Source: Eledone cirrhosa
Lineage: Eukaryota
NCBI GenBank assembly: GCA_964016885.1
Contig: OZ024740.1
Span: forward strand, 368,900,001 to 368,964,000
DNA: 64,000 nt
Reading direction: 5' to 3'
This document shows positions 57,404 through 64,000 of the stretch, piece after piece (position 1 is the first letter of the stretch; each line of letters opens with the position of its first letter). The notes beneath the pieces are model-generated. The model saw nothing but the letters and a program-made list of their open reading frames with translations, was not told the origin of the DNA and ran no database searches. A program made the position numbers and the translations under genes.

Positions 57404-57640
57404 GAAGTCAAAGTGATCCCGATTGTCATAGGCGCACTGGGGACTATCTCCAAAGGTTTCCAGGGATGGTTAAAGAAAATCGGCCCCTTCACGCTTTTTG
57501 GAACGCTTCAAAAGGCATGCTTGCTTGGAACGGCAAGAACCCTCCGATACGTCCTGAATATCTGAGGCTGCAGGTAGTGGCTTGATATTCAATCCAACGG
57601 ACTTTCCAGTTAACCAACATCAATGACTGAGATTCAAGGA
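57404..57640 (+). mobile_element. Short 3' fragment of family B (young subtype)
   Basis: Nearly identical to 60479-60714 and flanked by (AAT)n. Confidence 0.88.
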
Positions 57641-57651
57641 ATAACAATAAC

Positions 57652-57680
<29 letters not shown>

Positions 57681-57682
<2 letters not shown>

Positions 57683-60600
57683 GATCTGAACACTGAGATA
57701 AATAATACCTGGAACAGAGATACGGCCACTGAGGAGATGAATGCTGACGGGCTAGGACAAGATTCGGTTGACATCCTAAATTTAGTGGTAGAATAATTGA
57801 ACAATGATAGTGGGAGACCTATGAACCTAAGATTTGTAGACAGGAAAAAGTTAAAAGAAACAACAGCTAAGGTAAACAAAGTCATCCCATACCTTGAGGC
57901 GAGGAGCCTTCACCAGTGCAACAATATCCTCAAAGCAACAGCAAATACGGTGAGGAACCTACTTGGTATAAAAGCGAGAGGAAACAACAGACAAGAAAGA
58001 GCAGAGCCGTGGTGGAAGAAGCGACTGAGTGGGCAAATCGGGGAAATGAGAAATGACATAGGAAAGCTTGAGTCACTACTGAATGGGACACTAAAAAACA
58101 TAGGCACTAAAAATAGACTGGAAATAAAATACAAAACTAGGAGGAAAAAGCAAAATATTATCATAGAGGAACTGAAGCAACGCATTATAGCAAAGAGTGC
58201 AAAAATCAGGCGATACGAGAACAGAGTCAGCCAGTATAAACAGAACCGCATGTTCGACAACAACCAGAAGATGCTGTTTGGACAGCTTGAGGGGAAAGAA
58301 AGAGGCAACGACTTGATCCCTGGGGCGGAGCAAACTAAAACATTCTGGAGAGGAATATGGGAGCAGGATGTTAGACACAATGCCCAGGCAGGGTGGATTG
58401 AGAGAGTACAGAGGGAGATCGGTGAGCAGGCACAACAACAAACTGATTTGAGTATCACAGTTGAAACTCTTAAGGGGCAGGCCAAAAAACTAACCAACTG
58501 GAAATCACCAGGCCCAGATGGTGTGCAGGGGTATTGGATTAAACATTTAACATCCCTCCACCCGAAGCTGACGGCCATGTTCAATGACTGCTTGGTGTCG
58601 TCGGGTGAGGTGCCAGAGTGGTTGACAAAAGGTACCACAGTTCTGATAATGAAAGACCGAATCAAGGGTAATGATGTTACCAACTATAGACCTATCACAT
58701 GTCTGTCCGTAATGTGGAAACTGTTGACGAGCATTGTGTCTGAGGAAATCTACCATCACCTCCACACAAACAACTTGATACCGGACGAACAGAAAGGATG
58801 ACGAAAGAAGTCACGTGGTACAAAGGACCAGTTACTTATTGATAAGATGGTAATTGGGAATTGCAGGAGGAGACACACTGATCTTGCCATGGGATGGATA
58901 GACTACAGAAAGGCATTTGACATGGTGCCTCATTCCTGGATCACCAAAAGCCTGGAGATCTTCAGGGTAGCAGATAACATCAGACAGTTGCTAGGCAGGA
59001 GTATGGGGTCCTGGGAGACAGAGTTGACATCAACTGGAGTATCCTTGGGAAACGTGAAGATCAAGAGAGGTATCTTCCAGGGAGATAGCCTGTCCCCTCT
59101 GTTGTTTGTCCTTGCCCTGATGTCCTTGACCATTATGCTGCGAAAAGTGAGTGCAGGATACAAGTTGGGAAGGGGAGAGCTTACCATCAATCACCTCCTC
59201 TTCATGGACGATCTTAAGCTCTTCGGGAAAAGTGAGAAGGAGTTGGATGTGCTTGTTGACACTGTCCGTATTTTCAGCAGTGATATATGTATGCAGTTTG
59301 GTATTGGTAAATGTGGAGTCATTGTGATGAAGAGGTGTAGGTTGAGCAGAAGTTACGGGATCCAGATACCAACAGGTGAGATGATAAAGGAAATTGACTC
59401 TGAGGAAGGATACAAGTATTTGGGCGTTCTGGAGGCTGATGGCATAAAGAACAAAAAAATGAAGGAATTGTTAAGAACTGAATAGATTCGGAGAGTAAGG
59501 AGCGTATTGAAGTCACATCTGAACAGCAGAAATGCCATAAGCGCAGTAAATTCCCGAGCTGTGTCTATTATTAGGTACAGTGCGGGAATTCTGAGATGGA
59601 ATGTTGCTGAACAAAAAGAAATGGATAGGAAGACTAGGAAGCTATTGACTATCTACAATATGTTCCACAAGAGGAGTGATGTCGATAGACTCTACCTAAG
59701 GAGATCTGAGGGTGGAAGAGGTCTTATCAGCATAGAGGACTGTGTTCAGATGGAGAAAAACAACCTATACAAATACGTGACCTATAGTAAGGAGCCAATG
59801 CTCAGAACTGTACTGAAGGAGGGGACAGTAGGCCAGGGGATGTCCAAGGAGGAAATAACATCAAGGAGGAAGAGCAGCCTTAAGGGAAAATCCCTTCATA
59901 GTACCTTCTTTGAGAAAACTGAATTTAGAGATCCACAGACATGGAACTGGTTGAGAAGAGGAGACCTCAAAAAGGCTACAGAAGGAATGCTAATGGCTGC
60001 GCAGGAGCAGGCCCTCAAAACGAAGTGGTTGAAGCACCATATCTACAAAGAGGAGGCTAGCCCACTGTGCAGGATCTGTGGAGAGAGAGAGGAGACTGTG
60101 GCTCACATTGTGTCCGAGTGTAAACACCTAGCCCAGACCCACTATAAGGGCTGGAGACACGATGTGATTTGCAGGGTGATCCACTGGCACCTGTGCAAAG
60201 TAAACAATTTACCACATTCTGAGAAATGGTATGAGCATAGGCCAGAGGCGGTGATGGAGAACAATCAGGTGAAGGTGCTGTGGGATTTTAGGATACAGAC
60301 GGACAAAAAACTGGAACACAATAGACCTGACCTGGTGGTTGTGGACAAAGAAAAAAGATCGTGTCTGATTGTGGATGTGGCCTGCCCGTTCGACACGAGA
60401 GTGCAAGAGAAGGAGAGGGAGAAAATTAACCGATACCAGGACCTAAAGTGGGAGGTGAAAAGGATTTGGAACTGCCATGAAGTCAAAGTGATCCCGATTG
60501 TCATAGGCGCACTGGGGACTATCTCCAAAAGTTTCCAGGGATGGTTAAAGAAAATCGGCCCCTTCACGCTTTTTGGAACGCTTCAAAAGGCATGCTTGCT

Positions 60601-60714
60601 TGGAACAGCAAGAACCCTCCGATACGTCCTGAATATCTGAGGCTGCAGGTAGTGGCTTGATATTCAATCCAACGGACTTTCCAGTTAACCAACATCAATG
60701 ACTGAGATTCAAGG
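57681..60714 (+). mobile_element. 5'-truncated young R4/Dong element family B; ORF with two in-frame stops, ends 60640
   Basis: Three in-frame ORF segments: RT ([19 protein letters not shown]), CRICGEREETVAHIVSEC, RHD and RPDLVVVD..VDVACP..EKINRY. (AAT)n flanks. Confidence 0.93.
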
Positions 60715-60744
60715 AATAACAACAATAATAATAATAATAATAAT

Positions 60745-60957
60745 GAGAAGGAGGAGGCTAGCTAACTGTGTTAGATCTGTGGAGAGGGAGAGGAGACTAT
60801 GGCTCACATTGTATCCGAGTGTAAACACCTAGCCCAGACTCACTATAAAGGTTGGAGACATGATGTGATAGGCAGGGTGGTCCACTGGCATCTATACAAA
60901 CTAAACAATTTACCACATTCTGAGAAAGGTGGTATGAGCATAAGCCAGATTTGGTGA
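60745..60957 (+). mobile_element. Internal CCHC-region fragment of family B
   Basis: Homologous to 60045-60255. Confidence 0.8.
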
Positions 60958-61261
60958 TATATATTTGCGAATGATTCCTGATTTACCCTCTCTGGACGAG
61001 GTGCAAAATATTGTTTTGGCTGGTACTGCACACGTATTGAGAAGAGCACTCTATCTGTAAGATTGATATCCCTCCTTGTATTTCCATATGCATATGCACA
61101 TGTGTATATATGTATACTGTTTTTTTTTGGTTTTTTTAAATTATAATTAATGTGTTGTATTAACTGGCTTACCAATGCACACTGTGAATTTATTTGCCCT
61201 AGGTGTCAGGAAGACACTCGGCATATATCTCAGAAACAATAATGAAAAAAAAAAATAACAA

Positions 61262-61443
61262 TAATAATTTCTACATTTGGCACAAGGCCAGCAAATACCC
61301 AGTGTATTACTGGTACTTTATCGAACCCGAAAGGATGAAAGGCAAAGTTAACCTCGCCGGGATTTGAACTCAGAATCGCAAGGACCATAACTCTATGCAT
61401 CAAAGCATAGCGTCCAACTCTCAACCGATACTGCCAATCATCC
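61262..61443 (-). mobile_element. tRNA-derived SINE
   Basis: Reverse-complement match to 13633-13813. Confidence 0.88.
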
Positions 61444-61660
61444 ATGTATCTGCTTCTAAAATCTCTTTTAATTCATAAAGTTCTGAAAGATTTTTTCCCT
61501 CTCGTATGTTATTTTTCCTTAACATTTTACTTTCACACTGTCTAATTTATTCTTTTTCTTCATCACTTTTCCTTTGCAAACTACCGTTTACTGTATAATA
61601 TATTCATGTATTTAAGCAAATGTATTCGTTCCTGACGACTGTAACGTGTGAGCAATTTTG

Positions 61661-61736
<76 letters not shown>

Positions 61737-61739
61737 GGG

Positions 61740-63400
61740 ATAACAAATTATTGTTATAAGTAGTCCACTTAGATGTAGTCCAGTTAGGGTACTCCGAGTA
61801 GTGGCTAAGTTTGACTCAACAAGACGTTTCCATAGTGATATTGCGAGTTCGCGGTGATTTCTATGTAATTTACACTTGGAGTAATAATAAATCAAGAAAG
61901 AAGAGTAACATGGTTTGCTATACGTTGCTGTCAATTCTTTCTCTGAACTGGTAGGTCCGGAGATCGCTACCCGCCTCTTTTTGCGTCAATCGACCGCCAA
62001 TACTTTGTTATAACCAGTCTATTCATCAGAGCATGCGAGAATGAACGAAATACACAGGGATGGCTTCTATATATAGTAGTGGCATTAAATCAGAACAATA
62101 ATAACGATACTGAAATGAATTAGCTAGTAAATATTTAAAATAATCACAACATTAATCTAAGTAAGAAATAGAGTATACTGATGACTTTAGAATGTAAAAC
62201 GAGCTGATACGAAACAGATGTATGAAATTGACATGTAAAAGCTGTCATGAGGTATATTATATATAGTGTAGAGATAACCTGGGGCTTGAAATAATGGAGG
62301 ATTTACTTTACTGTAGGTTTGCTGACCGTAAGATTTATTTATTATCTGACAGATAAAATATGTTAATTGTAGTGAGGATGGTAATCTGTATGTGGTGTAA
62401 AGCGGATTCCTTATTTAAGTGGTCTATATTAGATGAAGAGATTGTTAGTTCGAAACATGGGGGTTGTTTAGCTTTCACAGGTCCAATAACAAATCATGCA
62501 TGAATAAGACAGCAATGATATATGAAATAAGGTAATACAGAGGTGAAGAAAGCAAGGTATATATAGAGAGAACTTGATGAATATTATTACGGATACATTG
62601 GGGTGTTCATTATAACAACAGGAGGAAGGTGATATTTCAAGGTAGTAGTCAAATAATGGCAGCTCCCCATAAGTAATATTTTTTTCTGAAACAGACACAG
62701 AGTTAGCCAAACAAAGACCAAATATTTTAAGTAGAAAGAGAACAAGTCTCTTATTCCAACAGATACATATAAGCGCTCTATATGGCGTAGGTAGAAACAC
62801 TATATGGACAGAATGAAAATTATGGTCACACGTTGTCTATCGGGAAGTTAAGCAGGGTAAACGAAAAGGTAGATTGTGTGTGTTACAGAATGGTACAGGT
62901 AGCGGCTAGTAAGATCACCAGTAAAACAAACATTTTTTCCAATTCCAACAAAATACAATACTAGAGGTTGATAAGTTCTACTATGATTTAGTAGTGTAGT
63001 AGTTTTTACTGAAAACATCATTAGAGAACGAACAGGAATGAAAACGTTCAAAGAACTTAGCTTCTAACCTTATCAACAGCAAAATGATTCTCTCTTTGAG
63101 TGAAGAGTGTATAGTTTGTACTTGCCTCAGGTGTGTGATGTAGCCAGTCAGTGATACATTGGTAGCAAATACAGAGGCTATCCTAAGGCAGCGGAGTTTG
63201 GAAGAGAGCATGCTACGAACGACATGCAATTCTAATATGCATGAAGGATGTGGTTTGAGTGAAGCGCGAAATAATATGGTATACAAATGCAATCAGACAT
63301 TGAAATATGTATGAATGGATATGACTGTTGGTAAAGTGGAGATGTGCTACGAGATGCTATTGAAAAAAAAATGTAGTAGAGGAAAACCTGGACAAGCCTG
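61740..63400 (-). mobile_element. Family C repeat with possible very decayed PLE coding remnant upstream
   Basis: 61900-62280 is homologous to 790-1100 and 44500-44880. The minus-strand HVVRSMLSSKLRCLRIAS weakly resembles the PLE RT thumb motif. Confidence 0.45.
61926..62033 (-). ncRNA. Hammerhead family C, cleavage site decayed
   Basis: tgct-CTGATGA-atagactggt...accagttcaga-GAAAgaattGAC-agca. Confidence 0.55.
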
Positions 63401-64000
63401 CTCAGATGTGGTTAGAGTAAATCTCAAAATATAGAACGGCAAGGAGGGGAGCTGTACTGGAATGGATATGTTCAACCCGTGGATATAAAATGATGATGAT
63501 GGAATATATGTTTTTGTCTTTGTATGTTATATATAATATATATGTGCGTGTGAGTGTGTGCGCGCGTGTGTGTGTGTTTATGTGTGTTTGTATGTGTGTG
63601 TATTTATGTGTGTATGTATCAAATGAATTATCTATCTGTAAGTACCATTCGAAACACTGCGATATGAAAGGTGAGTATTTTAGAAAATGCACTAGTAAAA
63701 ATAAAGGGAAAATATTGCTTGCATTAATTTCGACGTCAAAAATGTATCGGTTCAAATCATTAAACGAGTTGAAAAATTGCGAACATTTTCATGACAATCC
63801 TCCTACCAGTGTTTTTTTTTTATCAAGTAGTAAATGTGTTTTCAATGGAATGCAATTTACTTACGATTAAGTATGACCTCTAAGACGAATGAATAAATTA
63901 TATATATTTGAGGGCCAAAGATATTAGGGAATATCTAGTGCAAGAAAAGTATATCTGGATTACGTTAGGCAATTTTGAATTATAACATTTGCATGTATAA

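Noticed and set aside
57910-58683. 257-aa minus-strand ORF
   Set aside because: Antisense shadow of the R4/Dong ORF with no recognisable motifs.
58799-58801. In-frame TGA at a Cys position (EQKG*RKK) as possible selenocysteine
   Set aside because: The sister copy has TGC here and the same element also has a TAG at 59483, so these are ordinary nonsense mutations.

Overview
This is AT-rich, microsatellite-laden eukaryotic DNA. It is most likely an octopus (cephalopod) intron or intergenic region, inferred from the tRNA-derived SINE family and the repeat content. No host protein-coding gene can be confidently called, and most ORFs in the track are (TA)n/(TG)n/(GA)n artefacts. Contents: (1) three decayed Penelope-like retroelements (RT + C-terminal GIY-YIG, with Naiad-type motifs). 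Two of them are nested into a 12-kb double fold-back at 1934-14005. (2) About 17 type I hammerhead ribozyme (HHR) motifs from several families. Many sit at both ends of 1-1.5 kb non-coding palindromes and point outward. (3) A 15-kb, single-orientation cluster of R4/Dong-type RLE non-LTR retrotransposons inserted in (AAT)n tracts at 45.6-61 kb. (4) RTE and L1/Tx1 remnants and many SINE copies. The most interesting signal is the recurrent HHR-bounded fold-back element architecture. All structure and homology calls were made by eye and need computational confirmation.
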